Assembly: GCA_029953675.1 (NCBI GenBank)
Contig: JAMWBK010000004.1
Span: forward strand, 1,012,001-1,260,000
Direction: 5' to 3'
DNA: 248,000 nt
Source: Rhodosorus marinus CCMP1338
Taxonomy: Eukaryota; Plantae; Rhodophyta
Positions 185,365 through 198,659 of the stretch are shown piece after piece. The notes beneath the pieces were generated by a model, which made no database searches, had not been told where the DNA came from, and worked only from the letters and a program-made list of their open reading frames with translations. Position numbers and translations under genes: made by a program. How positions within the stretch are numbered: position 1 is the first letter of the stretch; every line of letters starts with the position of its first letter.

Positions 185365-186774
185365 CTAGTTATCTATAATCCCAACAATGCCACCATATAG
185401 TCCCAATATTAGGGCCGTCAGTCCAAACATGATTAGTACCACGCTAAGTACAGTGAAAAGATGCTCCTTTCCCTTTCTCTCTCTGGCAAACGCGTAAATA
185501 TCAATACCCGCAGGCCAAAGCATCATGGTCTGAGAGGCAATCAGAGAAGAAATAAGAGCTAGATAGATCTGAAAAGATGGAATTACAGTATTCACAAGGG
185601 TTTCTAGTACAATCACAATGAGGGCCCATAAGAACCACCACAGCAACGCCGCAGGTTTCAAACTCGTCAGTTTTGCAACTTCGTATGGACCGTTGTCTTT
185701 GCCAAAAACAATCCGTTTAACGAACGGTTCAACGGCCCTCTGGACTCCATAGATCAGCACTTGACCCGTCACAATTACTGCAATCGCTGCGTGTATAACA
185801 ACACAGACATCGGCTACGATCGCAGCTGCTCCTGGCTGAAGCGAGTTCGTGAATGGAGACACCAGCCATGTCGCATCTCCCGCAAGCCCGTACACTACAG
185901 AACCAGTAGTCGCGTAGAACAGGTATGCAGAGGTCTGAGAAAAGACCAACGAGTATGGAAAATTCTTAATAAACTTCATCGCGCTCATAATCTCGAGGAA
186001 TACGACCGCGCCGGCAAAAGCGTACAGCATATCCATTGCGGCGATTACGCAATCCGATGTTCCGTAATACGAAAACAGTACTCGTTGCCCAACCGGATAC
186101 GCCACTGGATCCTTCACCATGCTCGCAATCACGAAGAAGGAAATTACAACTGGAACAATAATACTCACAATGGCGATGATAGAAGTGAACGCCATCGCTT
186201 TGAAGCTCCTCAGCTGCAGTACAACAAGTGAGATGAATCCAGCGATGACCATCCACTCCGTGAGAGATACTGCGGATCCGCTGAAAAGTGCACTCCATGC
186301 TTTAGCTTGCGTGTAGCTGAACGCGGCGGAGTACAAGAATAGGAGTGGGTATGTGTTGAATCGGGCGAAAACCAACCCCTTCTTCCCAAAGGCACCGTTG
186401 AACAATTCCGGGTACGAATGCACTCCTTCGTACTTCTGGTATCGCAAGCGCCAAAGAAGGAAACCCGCACACATCGAGAGCCCCCAGCACAGCAAAAGAG
186501 TAAGATGTCCTGGTATCCATCCTAGCGTCGCGAAAGCGTTTGGAATGCTCAACACTCCCGTACCAACCATGTCCACGACCAGCAAAAACATTGCAAGTGC
186601 AACGCTCAGATTCTCGCAGGTATCATCTACGGCGTCTCCGCTCTCGATGTCTTTCCTATGCTCCACTGCTTCCTTCAAGTCATTAAGCGAGTCATCGGTG
186701 ACACTGGCCACGTCCACAACGACGGCGCTCTTCAAAGTACACTCCTCACCAAGCTTAGAATCAATTGATGCCAT
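185365..186774 (-). CDS. Amino-acid permease (AAAP), copy 3
   Basis: Near-identical to copy 1, including flanks. Confidence 0.92.
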   Translation of the reverse strand: MASIDSKLGEECTLKSAVVVDVASVTDDSLNDLKEAVEHRKDIESGDAVDDTCENLSVALAMFLLVVDMVGTGVLSIPNAFATLGWIPGHLTLLLCWGLSMCAGFLLWRLRYQKYEGVHSYPELFNGAFGKKGLVFARFNTYPLLFLYSAAFSYTQAKAWSALFSGSAVSLTEWMVIAGFISLVVLQLRSFKAMAFTSIIAIVSIIVPVVISFFVIASMVKDPVAYPVGQRVLFSYYGTSDCVIAAMDMLYAFAGAVVFLEIMSAMKFIKNFPYSLVFSQTSAYLFYATTGSVVYGLAGDATWLVSPFTNSLQPGAAAIVADVCVVIHAAIAVIVTGQVLIYGVQRAVEPFVKRIVFGKDNGPYEVAKLTSLKPAALLWWFLWALIVIVLETLVNTVIPSFQIYLALISSLIASQTMMLWPAGIDIYAFARERKGKEHLFTVLSVVLIMFGLTALILGLYGGIVGIIDN

Positions 186775-189229
186775 TTTTCTGCACTATTTTCATTCACAAT
186801 ATTTCTCAGCCACTGATGCCGTCCTAGACAGCAGGTCAGTCTTAAACGCTGATGAAGAGTGACTATAAATCCTCTTCGTGAGAAGTTCGCATAGCATGCT
186901 CGTTCCGGAGCTCGCTATTGTGCTCTGCGGGGAATAGCTGATCTCATCTACAGGAAACCTGCAAAATCCCGAAATAGCACCCAAGTATTCATAGCGCTCC
187001 GGGAAAGAGCCCGAAGTGATCAGCCCATTGCGTATGCTTACCGCCGTGAGCTAAGAGCATATTGGTTTAACTTGCTAGTCGCAATTGGCGGGTTCACATG
187101 TTTGTCAATCAATGGAGTTTATTGACAACATGAGTGGACACATGTTTATCAATCGATGGAGTTTCTTGATAAGATTCGTGGACTGCTAACTATCTCAGCC
187201 GACAGCAGTCCATTTCTACCTATCACGTTTTCCTAGCGCTATATGGGTTGAACTTCAAAACTCGAGAAAGTCCTTCCGAGCACGCGCAAGTCTCATCTTG
187301 TGCTGACTTGTTTCTACGATTATTCCGCAGGTCATGTGGTCCGAAATACAACTTGTTGCTAGGGTTACTAGGTGCGTAGGATCAAGCACCACGTTGTGTC
187401 AAGGGGGTTACTTCAGTTGCTGTGCTCCAAACCTTTCGTTGCGAGGGTTCTTCGTGGAATATCCACAGCGAGCAAAGCCGAAATTCGAAGTGCAGCAAGA
187501 ACCCAATCATAATAGAACTGTAAACGGTACGCCCAATCAGAATACCACTGTAACTCTGCGTCCAATCAAAAGCCAACCTCTCAGCAGGCCGTGTCAAGGC
187601 CCAAAAATATATATAATAGACAAAATGTTCGTTTTCTCGGAGGAACGTTTCTATTCGGAGAAAGAACCGAGGGAGAAAACAAAAATGGTACTGAAGGCGA
187701 TCTGCTAGCAGCATATTAACTGAGGTTGGTTTACCGGCGTCTTGGTTTGTATGTTTTACTGCCTTATGTCTAGTTTGCATTACTCCGTACCGCTTACGAC
187801 TGTGGCAGTAAACTACCACCACCACAACTAAAGGAGAAAATCGCGCGGTCTCCAAAACTGAAGCAGCGTTAATACGCCACGTGTGATTTCATTCATTCCT
187901 TCCATTAATACGGCACAACAGGAAACTTAAACGGATAAACTGCGAGGAGAGCCGGTCGCGTCGGCGGAACACCTCTCGCAATGCATTTCCTTTGGGGTGG
188001 CAAAGCCCGTGAGTGATAGCTTGTATGTTTTCATTCGAGTGCTAGTGGTGCGGTGCGTTGTGCGTTTTATTCAATAGACCTTCGGCTTTAGGTCATCGTC
188101 TGGTAGCTTTCTCAATTTAGTGTTTTGGCTTTATGGACTCCGTTGGTTGCCATTGGCTTCGCGAATTGTTCCTCTGAGCATCCCACACATGCTTTCCTCG
188201 TTTTCAACCCGTTTAGTCTTTCTTCAGTAATCTTTCTTCAGTCTCCAAATAGACACGTTCATTCGTGCTATGTAACGGCCGAATAAAAGTTTGCTGCTAG
188301 AGCAGACATAGTGCTACCAGTGCCCTGCGCGAGGTAACTGCTGAATAAAAGCTACAGGGTTGCTCAGATCTGACGAGCTTATTGGTTAAAACACGAGCCG
188401 TTTAGCCGTTAGCCTCTCCGAAACAAAGCAAAGGTTTCAGTCCCTCCAAAACAAGCTAAAGAGCTGTCAGAGGGAAGCATTGCAATAGAAAAATTTCCAC
188501 TTCTCCAGCTGGCGAAAATTGTTCTCTAAAATAGGATATGTACTCAATGAAAATGCTTTTTTACGTAATTTGCTGTAGGAGCTTAAAATAGAAACACGTG
188601 CCCTTTCGGAATGGAGAACTAAGAGAGAAAAATGCTGAAGGTCGGCATTTTTGGAAAAAGTACTCTAAAATGAGATATGGGGCGAGGCCCGTTTTTCAAA
188701 CAATCGTTGTTTTTAACCAATAATTTTTGGAAGAGCTTAAAATAGAATAACGGGCCCCCGGGGGCAATGGGGCAGCGAAGCATGCCTCATTAAAGGGGGC
188801 AGCCATACGGTAGTGTAAACTTTCGATGGGTCATAGTTGATTTTCTGGGCACAATGAATGAATGAATTTACTTTATCGGAGGCTGAAAAAAACAAACCCG
188901 AGGAGCAAAAAAGGACTAAGCACGGCGAAGATCGCACGCCTCCAACATCAAAGCAGCGTTCATACGCCACAGCCAGAAACTTAACCGGGTAAACAACGAG
189001 GACAGACGGTTAGTGCACTGGGGCAGGCCCGAAGATGAATGTATTCAATACATACATGAAAAAGTTGTACCATTGATATATGCTTTACTACAACGAAAAC
189101 AATATATCGATGTGAGAATAAATTGATTGCCCCATTGACAAATGAACTATTGAACTGAAATCCAATACAAAGATGGACCTGCTACTTGAAAGGCCGGCAG
189201 TCTTTCATGAACGGGTGTGATGCGTACGC

Positions 189230-191820
189230 AAAACGTAAAAGGAACTAAGCGCTAGGAAGAAGAGCATGTAAGCCCCAAGCGACGGCGGCGCGCCTCGGCG
189301 AGCATGTTGCTAGAATACCGCTGAGTGCGATACTTAAACGGCGGAGGAGCACCAGATATTCTCCGGGATGTTCGGTAAAACGCTTACGAGCCTGAAGGCC
189401 CAGGGGAACGTCTCCGGCGGGAGGTACGGAGAATTTCCTCCAAATCGGACTCGCGAAGCGTCATATCTATGCGAAGTGGGCCAACTCTGGTCGGTCGAGA
189501 AGGGCAGCAAAATTGGGCTGGACCTCCACATCGGACCACGGAAATAAGGCGGATACCAGTTCCGCCAGGTCATCATAGGGGAGGACAGGCGCCGGTCCCT
189601 CCAAAACCGGTACCCCTCGACTCAAATCGCCAACCTCCCCAACTTTTTGCACCCGAGCCGTCACTTGCGAGGCACCCGTGGACTGGGCCGTGCGCGCCGA
189701 GGCCTCGAGCGACGTCATACACAAACTTTTGCAAAACCTCAAATTCCCCTCGCAGGACCATTGCGGCCGGTCCCGGACATGCCAGCTACGCGCTGATGTG
189801 CGAGCAGGGGCCAGGATCAAACGCGGCATTATCCCCAAGAATTCCCATATAACCACATCCCGCAGATTGCGGGCCAAACCCGCAAATATGAAGTCCAAAA
189901 TACACCCAGCCTGTAAGAGCTCCTTGCAAGGCAGTACTACCGGTGGAATCCGGCCCCTCGGAGGAAGTGCGCCCCCAAACGAAGAAACCCACCTCCGAAG
190001 CCAACTCCGAAACTGCGTCCTCCAAACACCCCGGTTCCCTCCCACCTGCTCAACGTTACCCTTTAGGTCCAGGGGCTGCGACAACGCAGCCGTACCAGAG
190101 GAGCTAACGATCGTTCTCCCCCTTAGACCCTGGGGAGTCGGTCCTTACTCGCTTGCCTCGTAGTCGCACTAAGGTATTGGCTCTTCCACTGCGCGAGGCG
190201 CGCGTGCATATGCCCGGGGCGTCCACGAGGCTCGTTGGAGTATCCTCCACCGATATTCCATCCAGCTCCCGTTCATTGTCCCCCTCCACGGAGGTAGTGG
190301 TGGCGCTTGAACCCTCAAGCACGTCCATGCGCTGTAAATCCCCCTTGTAGCGCGACTGCAATACCAACGGCCGCTCTCGATCAAAGAGAATCGACACCGC
190401 CTCACGAAGATGGCGCGGACCGGACCGAAATCGCACCAACAGGAGCCTCTCAAGGAGGTGAATACGGAACCAACGGATGGCCGCCGCCTTCACACTGCAC
190501 TCCCTCTCAGAAGTCCGGCAATCTGTCCCGGTGCCAGGAAATGCCCCGAGAAACGGTCAAAGGCAAAATGGAGCAACACCTGGGGGTTCTCGCGTAACCA
190601 GCGGGCACTTACTGGCCACAGGTCTGTTGGCTTAGGAAGCAGCGCCTGAAGATACGCGTCTGCAGTCGATGTCACAACGAACAGAACACCGCGTCCCTCG
190701 TAGTTTGCGAAAAAGAAATCCTCGCGCTTGCAGTCCATTGATTCCGAAAAGGTATGTCTAAAATCCGGCGTTGACGGGACCTGTCCCCGTGTGGGCTCCG
190801 GACGCACATTGCGCACCCAAAGAAATTCCAAAACTGTTGCCGAGTTTCCCTCAGTCTCCTCACGCGGTGGTAAAAACCGGACCATTGCAGCTGTTCGCGC
190901 TGAAACGTTAGCGCCGTGCCTCGACACCGAACAGTACGAGGGAGCCCCCCTCGGGACACCTCCTTAACCTGGGTGGAGGGGACCTAACTGCTGAATGTCC
191001 TGCCAACGTAGGGTAAAAATCTTCACATACGTCTAAAACGGCGCCCGTAGGTGGACCATCTCGGTCAGCACCAGTCCCCGAACACGGGTACTTGTTGGGA
191101 ACCCCCTTTCCATAAGCAAAATCCACACTGTCCCGAGCGGATTCAACAGCCCTCGCCTGTCCCGGGACAAGTGCATATTGACTGATCCCTGATTTTGACT
191201 GCTTCATGCCTTGCGGCCAGCGTGGCCACGTGGTCCGCCGTCAGCCCCGATTCCAGCGCACAGAGACGCAGAGTGAGCTGCGGTAGGACGCCCTTATCCC
191301 CGGCGGCGGTGACCAAACTGGTCACTGCCGACAAAAGGACACGCATTTGTGTGCCAGACGCACCCTGCAGATCCACCACCGTCGAGAACGTGCCTGAGCT
191401 CAGGTAAACTCGAATTCCGCTGCTGTCAACACCTCCTTGCTGTGAAGCTCCGTGCCCAAGGGAGCGGGGCCCGGGGAGACCCCAACCATCACGAGAGAGT
191501 GTGGTGAGGAAACTTTCCACAAAAGAACCCCGGCCAAAAACCAACCCAACCCAACCCGAAAAGAAAAAGACCGCACAACGCACCCCCAATAAGAGAGAAA
191601 GCCGAAGGCGCAAACCACACAACGCGAAACAACGGAAGAAGAGAGAAAGCCCCAGGCGAAATCCACACAACGCGAAACAGCGGGGGGAAAGGCAACAAAA
191701 GGAAGCGCCTCCCATGGAAGAACACAATCGTGACCGAAAACGACTCAATTCCCGAACCTCGAGAACTCAAAAACCAAAACCCGTCGTCTACAGAGTTTTA
191801 GGTACTTCATTGAATGAATT
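189230..191820 (-). mobile_element. Internally deleted older CRE family B copy with 5' end and ORF1
   Basis: ORFs 191143..191748, 190490..190927 and 190104..190493, then the ORF2 N-terminus. Confidence 0.82.
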
Positions 191821-192789
191821 TGTTTTATTGGATAAAGGCCACAGAAGACCAGCTTCTCAGCTTCTTCTGCAGCGAACCACACCCCCCAAATCAAGTATTG
191901 AATGAATCAAGTATTGTGGCATCAGAATCTGAACGAAGAGGTTGGAATCGTCGACATGGCTTCCCAATGAGGCCATTGTTCTTTTGAGGAATTGCGTCTA
192001 TTTATTCAAATTTGTTTATTTCTTAATGTCCGTACGAAGGTATTTATATCGGCGAAACATAGACTTCACTAGAGAGTCCTTTAGTGAAGTGTTCACGGTC
192101 AAATTGTTGCGACATATCACGCAGGTTGGACCCCTGGAGACCCTGAAAGCAACACTACTCTGGAGCCAGATTCTCTACCGACCATCGGAGCACAACTGCA
192201 ACCTTGGGAAGTGCTCACTCTTCGGCTGTCACCCTGCCCCCAGACTGCTCACCCGAGATACCTGTAGGCGTGACCGTTTCACGAGCGGGCGTGACCATCC
192301 ACTCCATCCGGATTGGGACAAGGCAATATGGAAGAAGCCCAACGACAACTGCAAAATACACATGCCAAACCTTTCGAGGAGATTGCACATACCTTCGTCC
192401 GCAAGAACTGACCACCTCTGTTGCGCTTTTAATCAGAGACTAGACCTGACTACACATTGCGGACACTGGCGTTTCAATTTGGGCGCACATTGGCACGCGA
192501 AGCGGACTCCCTGTCGAGGTTACATCTCGAATAGGTTACTTGGATGCTGTAAACTTCGGCTGAATAAGACCCGGATGGTACACACCCTGTCTGGAAGCAA
192601 GTGGAGTCTCTGCAGATGAGGTGGCCTGGGCTTTGTCACACGACGACGAACCCAACCTATTGCATTCTGTACTGGATGGTTTAATACTTCCAAGTTAATC
192701 AAGGGCACTGGCCCTGCCTAGAACTGGTCAAACAACGGACCCTCGAAGCTTCCCTACCAGCCGACAGCAAAACCCCCCTCGCCTACATG

Positions 192790-194295
192790 GACTTTACTGG
192801 ACTTTACTAGCATAGCCTGAAGCGCTACGCAAGGCGTGAAGATGAACTAATAACTAGGGAGGGAAGTATGCAACCCCAGGCGCCGATGGCGCGCCTCGGA
192901 AAGCATGTCGCTGGAATATCGCCAAAGGGAGACACTTAAACGCCTCAAGAGCGCCAAATATTCAGTAGGATGCTCAGCAAAACATTTCCGCAACCACTCT
193001 AAACCCGACTTATCGACGTGACCAAAGCTTTCCACAATGAATGGCTGGAACCGGTGAGAGCGACCCTCAGCGCAAGGCAGACTGGCCATGCTCTCAGCAT
193101 ACCGTCGTTCCTTAACTCTTCGAAGGGCTGAAGCCGCGGCCCCCCGGCGGCGGGCGGCTGCGGTGAGGTGGGCGCTGGCCACGGGGCAGGTAATCGCAAG
193201 GTCCACATATGTTGAGCGTCTGACAGCAGCGTCAGAGACGAGGAGATCGGCTATACAACGGGGCGGTGCAGAGTCCGAGATTGATCTGGGCAGTTCCGAC
193301 TCAACCTCAACCGTATGCCCTATCCGAGTCAAAAATTCGCTGAGGATGTACTTGAGGCGAGTGTGACGCCTCGTACGGAGACTTTACTAGCATAGCCTGA
193401 AGCGCTACGCAAGGCGTGAAGATGAACTAATAACTAGGGAGGGAAGCATGCAACCCCAGGCGCCGATGGCGCGCCTCGGAAAGCATGTCGCTGGAATATC
193501 GCCAAAGGGAGACACTTAAACGCCTCAAGAGCGCCAAATATTCAGTAGGATGCTCGGCAAAACATTTCCGCAACCACTCTAAACCCGACTTATCGACGTG
193601 ACCAAAGCTTTCCACAATGAACGGCTGGAACCGGTGAGAGAAACCCTCAGCGCAAGGCAGACTGGCCATGCTCTCAGCATACCGTCGTTCCTTAACTCTT
193701 CGAAGGGCTGAAGCCGCGGCCCCCCGGCGGCGGGCTGCTGCGGTGAGGTGGGCGCTGGCCACGGGGCAGGTAATCGCAAGGTCCACATATGTTGAGCGTC
193801 TGGCAGCAGCGTCGGAGACGAGGAGATCGGCTATACAACGGGGCGGTGCAGAGTCCGAGATTGATCTGGGCAGTTCCGACTCAACCTCAACCGCATGTCC
193901 TATCCGAGTCAAAAATTCGCTGAGGATGTACTTGAGGCGAGTGTGACGCCTCGTACGGAGACCTTTCAACAGTCCGCAGGAACCCAGGAAGTGGTAGCCA
194001 CAAGCGTCAATCCGGCTCTCACATCCCTGACAGAAAGACGGCCGATTAGAGTGCCACGGAGCCTGTGGCAAACCGAGATAGATCCGTGCGGCAGAACGGA
194101 ACTGGAAAGCATCGAGACGATGACTCAATGACGACGGTAGAGTGGTTAACCACAAGTGCGAGAGACGGCCTCCCATGCCGAGGAGACGAGCGGCAGTGGT
194201 AGGCGGCGTGAGAGGAGAATTGAGCATGACTGTGTGAGCGGCACTGTGTTGGCCCCAGGTGAGGCTATGTTGAATCACATCAGTGCGGGAGCTAT
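192790..194295 (-). mobile_element. Two tandem young CRE family B 3' fragments
   Basis: ORFs 192847..193332 and 193427..194317. Confidence 0.92.
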
Positions 194296-194492
194296 GACGG
194301 AACAACTCCGTACGCAAATCCTCTGCGCAAGCGCAGGGAAACGGAGAAGGCTCGGGGAGGAAACTCTTCCGAGCAGCCTGCTGGTTGAGGGTTAATAGAG
194401 CCTCCTAGGATTGCAATTTGTTCTTCCTTGTATATGGAATCATGTTTTTACTTTGAAACGGGACTGGGCAGATTCTTCGAAAAGTTGAGCTC

Positions 194493-195053
194493 TCAAGCCA
194501 TACCTGCTTTGCAAGCCTCTAGATCAGCTTCAAGCGTTAGGACGAGGAGCTTTTTTGCATCTCTTTGCTCTTCTATGTCGGCGACCACTGACTCCCGTGC
194601 TTCAAAGCGGCTCCTATACAGATCGGCTTGGGCTTGCGCCTTTTCAATCTTACCGATTCTGAAATCGATCGTAGCCTGCCTGCGGTCAATTTTCGCCTGG
194701 AACTCAGCTATTCGAACGATGTTACGGGCGATCCTTTCTTCCTTGTCGTCCGAGGATATCTCCCCTGCCAATAGTTTCCTGTTTATCTCCTCAAATCTTG
194801 CCAGCCATCCTTCCGAGATAGATCTCTGCTCAATTAGCCGACCAAGGTATACTTCGTTTTGTCTGGCCTTGTCCTCCCAACTACGTATTCTGCGACCGAC
194901 ACGGCGTTGTATTTGCCGCAATTCTACTAGCTCATTCGCAAGACCTCCGAGGGAGGTTTTGCTCCTACCAAGCTCCTTCATAAGCTCGTCACATTCTCCG
195001 AGCGCTATTCCAACCGACAGGAATATCAACACGCAGGCGATTTGCGGCTTCAT
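194493..195053 (-). CDS. Secreted coiled-coil protein
   Basis: Signal peptide MKPQIACVLIFLSVGIALG; continuous heptad pattern. Confidence 0.7.
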   Translation of the reverse strand: MKPQIACVLIFLSVGIALGECDELMKELGRSKTSLGGLANELVELRQIQRRVGRRIRSWEDKARQNEVYLGRLIEQRSISEGWLARFEEINRKLLAGEISSDDKEERIARNIVRIAEFQAKIDRRQATIDFRIGKIEKAQAQADLYRSRFEARESVVADIEEQRDAKKLLVLTLEADLEACKAGMA

Positions 195054-196999
195054 CTCAGTTGTGTGGATTCGTGAAATGACCCCAAAAACGCGCAGACAAT
195101 TTTCATGGTTAACCTATTCTGACCACCAGTCTCCTCGTCTCTGCTTCTCCCCCTCACCTCAGTCCCACTTATTCTACGAAACGTACCCAGTGCGACTTGA
195201 GGACCTAATCACATACAACTTCCATAAGCCGACTCTTATATAGAGCAAGCTACCCAGAATTCCATTGACTTCAATCGCAATATACAAGCCACTATACGAG
195301 CCGCACTGTTTAGATTAAGATTTAGCCAAGCTCTCTCGAGTTCTAGTCCTCACACAATGCATCAGTCCCAAACCAGCTGTGAGAAAGAAAAACTCAAAAC
195401 ACCCCGCTACGCGAATTGTTACGAGTTTAGCCGCATCCAGAATTACACACACCTCCATCTAGGAGTGCGCACAACTCCGTCCAGAGGAGTACACGTAAAG
195501 CCAGTCGCTCCCAGAAGCATATCTGTAAACAGCACGCTATACATTAATTTGAATGAATCTGTTTCATCGGAAATTAGTTTGGGGTCAGTAGTCCACCCAC
195601 TCATCCAGTTTGGGGTTAGGACTTTGGAATATTGACGCTGTAATGCTGAAGTTGGATTCTTTAAAAGCGGTTGATTTGCATATATGACATTACGAGAGGC
195701 TTTGCCTGCAGATGGATGGGGCTCGGAAACTGAACCCGAAGATCACCCCCTTCGAGCACCAACGCTGTTTCCATACAAGAACAAAATTAGCAGGAGTTCA
195801 TATTCTGGTAAGCTTTTTCTTCCAAATTCAAACCACTGGGGGAGGCGAGTGTCCTAAGGGGCGACTCTCCCCAATTGAGAGCTTGGGTGAGGACAATTAC
195901 TTGCACAAACTTCACGGTCCAATGGGGGGCTCCCTACATAAAATTCTCAAGAGCGACCTACGTAAAAACTGGAATCCCCCCTTGGACCACCCAGGAAAGG
196001 GTTAGATTCCTCATCTGTAGCATCTTGTTTTACAATATTGTATATTGTGGTCTTTCATAGTGTGTAGCAGTCTATCTTCTTTTAAGATAATTTCGTCGTG
196101 TGTGTTGCGATAATTGGAGCGCTGGCTCCGGTTTGAGAAGATTTGAGATTGGATGTTTTGACTTTCCTAGGGTGTCTGGATACTTTACCATAATTCGATG
196201 ACTGGCGCTCAAGGCGAATACTGTGCGGCAACAGCACTTTCCAGCTGGTAATTCTGGTATTTTCTCTGGGTGAGAACAACGTAGAGCTTACAGTTCGATT
196301 CTGAAAGGGATGTTCGAGAAGAGCCCCTTTTTTGAAGATAATCAAGATTGCTTGTGGGAGTGGCGCCCGTCAGGTACGTATCAATTAGAAAGATTGCTGC
196401 CAAAAAACACACTGATGATTCGGGAGTTGTTCCGCCAACGCCCTGACCGCCTGTCCTCGTGGTTTACCCATTTAAGTTTCTTGCTGGGGCGTATGGCGCT
196501 GCTTTGATGCTGGAGGTGCGCGATCTTCGCCGCGCATAATTTGTTCTTCCCCCTCCGGGGTTTTTCTTTCACTATCCGATTAAACAAATTCATTCAGATA
196601 GATCTACTGTCCATCGGTTTTCGGAAACCGCATCACACAAAAAAGTCAAACCCGAATCAACCCAGAACTGTTGGTTGATAAAAAAAAGACCATCCATCTA
196701 AAAACAGCAAGGGGCTCGTCTAGGTTGGATGCTGAAGAAATTCGTAAGACGATCGGTTGACCAGTCTGTATCATTCAGTCAATATCAGCTGTCGGAAGTG
196801 GCGTTTTGTTTTTCGTTTGGGGTATACTTTCGTGAAGCTTCCTGGAAGGACCGTTGCGAGTTTGCCCTCGGCTACCTGAGGGCAGAGTATCCGAGAACGA
196901 ATTGAGCAACTGAACTCAACTCTTTGCATCCAAGCCTCTCTGCATTTCGGCAATACGCGAATGGGTTTGTTTCGCCAGCGTACTCATCGGATGGATAGA

Positions 197000-197990
197000 T
197001 GGGTGGATGGCACGCCTATCTCGCCATTCCCATCGATAGTCCCCGAACTGCAGCGAATATAGTCTTCTTGGCTCGGAGTAACTTCAATCTTGACGTGATC
197101 CTCATAGAATCGACGGTGTCCCGATTTGCACTAGGAGCAGGGTAAGTCAGCCTTGACGAGCTCCTCGTAGAATCGCGGAATCCCGAATTGCACTAGGAGC
197201 AGGGTAATTTCAGCCTTGCGTGCTCCTCATAGAATCGAGGAATCCCGAATTGTACTAGGAGCAAGGTTTTCTTGGTCAGTCATTTCCCCGTCCAACCCCC
197301 GGGGATCCAGACACCATGCGAATAGTGGATTTCAGCCACGATATCGTTGACCTTCCGCTTGAGGAGCGCTACTACGTCCGATCGCCGTTCGTGATTCGCA
197401 ATGAACCAGACTCAACGAAGTTGAATAGCCGGGCCCACGGGAGTGCTACATAGCCTGGATGAATCGTTCTCGTCTCCGCCAAAGCTTAGACCAGAGTCAG
197501 TGATTGGCCCATCCAGTACATGGTGTCCATAGTCCTCCATAACAGCTCATCCAAGAGAATTGTCTGAAGCTTCTCCATGGACTTCATCTTTCGGAATTTC
197601 TGCTACAGGACGGAGCATTTGATCCATTCCTCGATCTTGAGCAGCTGCCCGAATACAACCAATAGCGAGTACCACCTGGTGACTGTTGTGCAGCCACACT
197701 GCAATAGCTTGCTTCCCCGTGCTTGTGGCAATGTCCTTCCGGAGAGCGCTGCTTCTTCGGATCATCTTCGCCACGTGAAATGAACTGTCCGAAATCTCTC
197801 CGAACTTTCCTACTTTGACCATGACTGCTCGGACAAGAAGGTTGGTCTGATGAGCCAAACAAGTACCTACGCGAACACAAATCCAAATTCAATACCTCAA
197901 ATCTGTAATCCAAAGTGTTCGTAACGAACATACGTCTCGAAGAGAGGGCGAACTAGTCATCAAGTAATAAGCCAGCACCATAAGAACGAG
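197000..197990 (-). pseudogene. hAT transposase remnant
   Basis: TCLAHQTNLLVRAV (CxxH motif) and TTVTRWYSLL (TRW motif) in shifted frames. Confidence 0.65.
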
Positions 197991-198659
197991 GTTTACCATC
198001 GACAAGTACGTAGCTGGAAACAGTACTTTCTAAACATAATTTAATCGGCTACTAAACAAGCGTCAAAGAACGATCGAAAGAGTTATCCTATCCGTGCGCT
198101 GCGAAATTGCTTATTTGCGATTAACCCTCTCCCGTAGGACTCCACGACCAGTCGCCTCGCCTTGTCGGTCGTAAGGCCGACAATAGTCCCTCTACCTGCC
198201 TGATTGTCTCGAGAATATCCTTCGACAGCTTCTCTGCTGTTGCAGTAACAGGAGAGGAATGCAAGTCCGGCAGACAGAGTTGCCCATCTTCCCTCACACT
198301 GGCCACGCTAAGCGTGCTCACCAGCGACCGTTGTCCAACCATCCACCACGATTGTGCATTTCTTGGGACTGTTCAGGAAGCCTGCCAACTCCTTTTCGCC
198401 ATTTCCAACAAGCTGTCCAGTGTACTACCCGCGAGTGTATGCCTATCCGGTATCGCCGCGTCGAACTGAAAACCCGTTGCCTAGTCCCGAAAGTAAGGGA
198501 AGTTTGCAACACTACACCCAGAAACGGACGCAAGTGGGTCAGCCTCCAGAACGCAACAATTAGTTCCCGCGCTATCCCTCTCTGTATGGGAATTGCCGAG
198601 TGTGAGCCAAGGATTTGTAGGGATTGGAGCAAGTTTAGTTAAACGAAACAATCCCCATA

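Noticed and set aside
194428-195243. 271-aa plus-strand ORF
   Set aside because: It is the antisense shadow of the coiled-coil gene and has no motifs.
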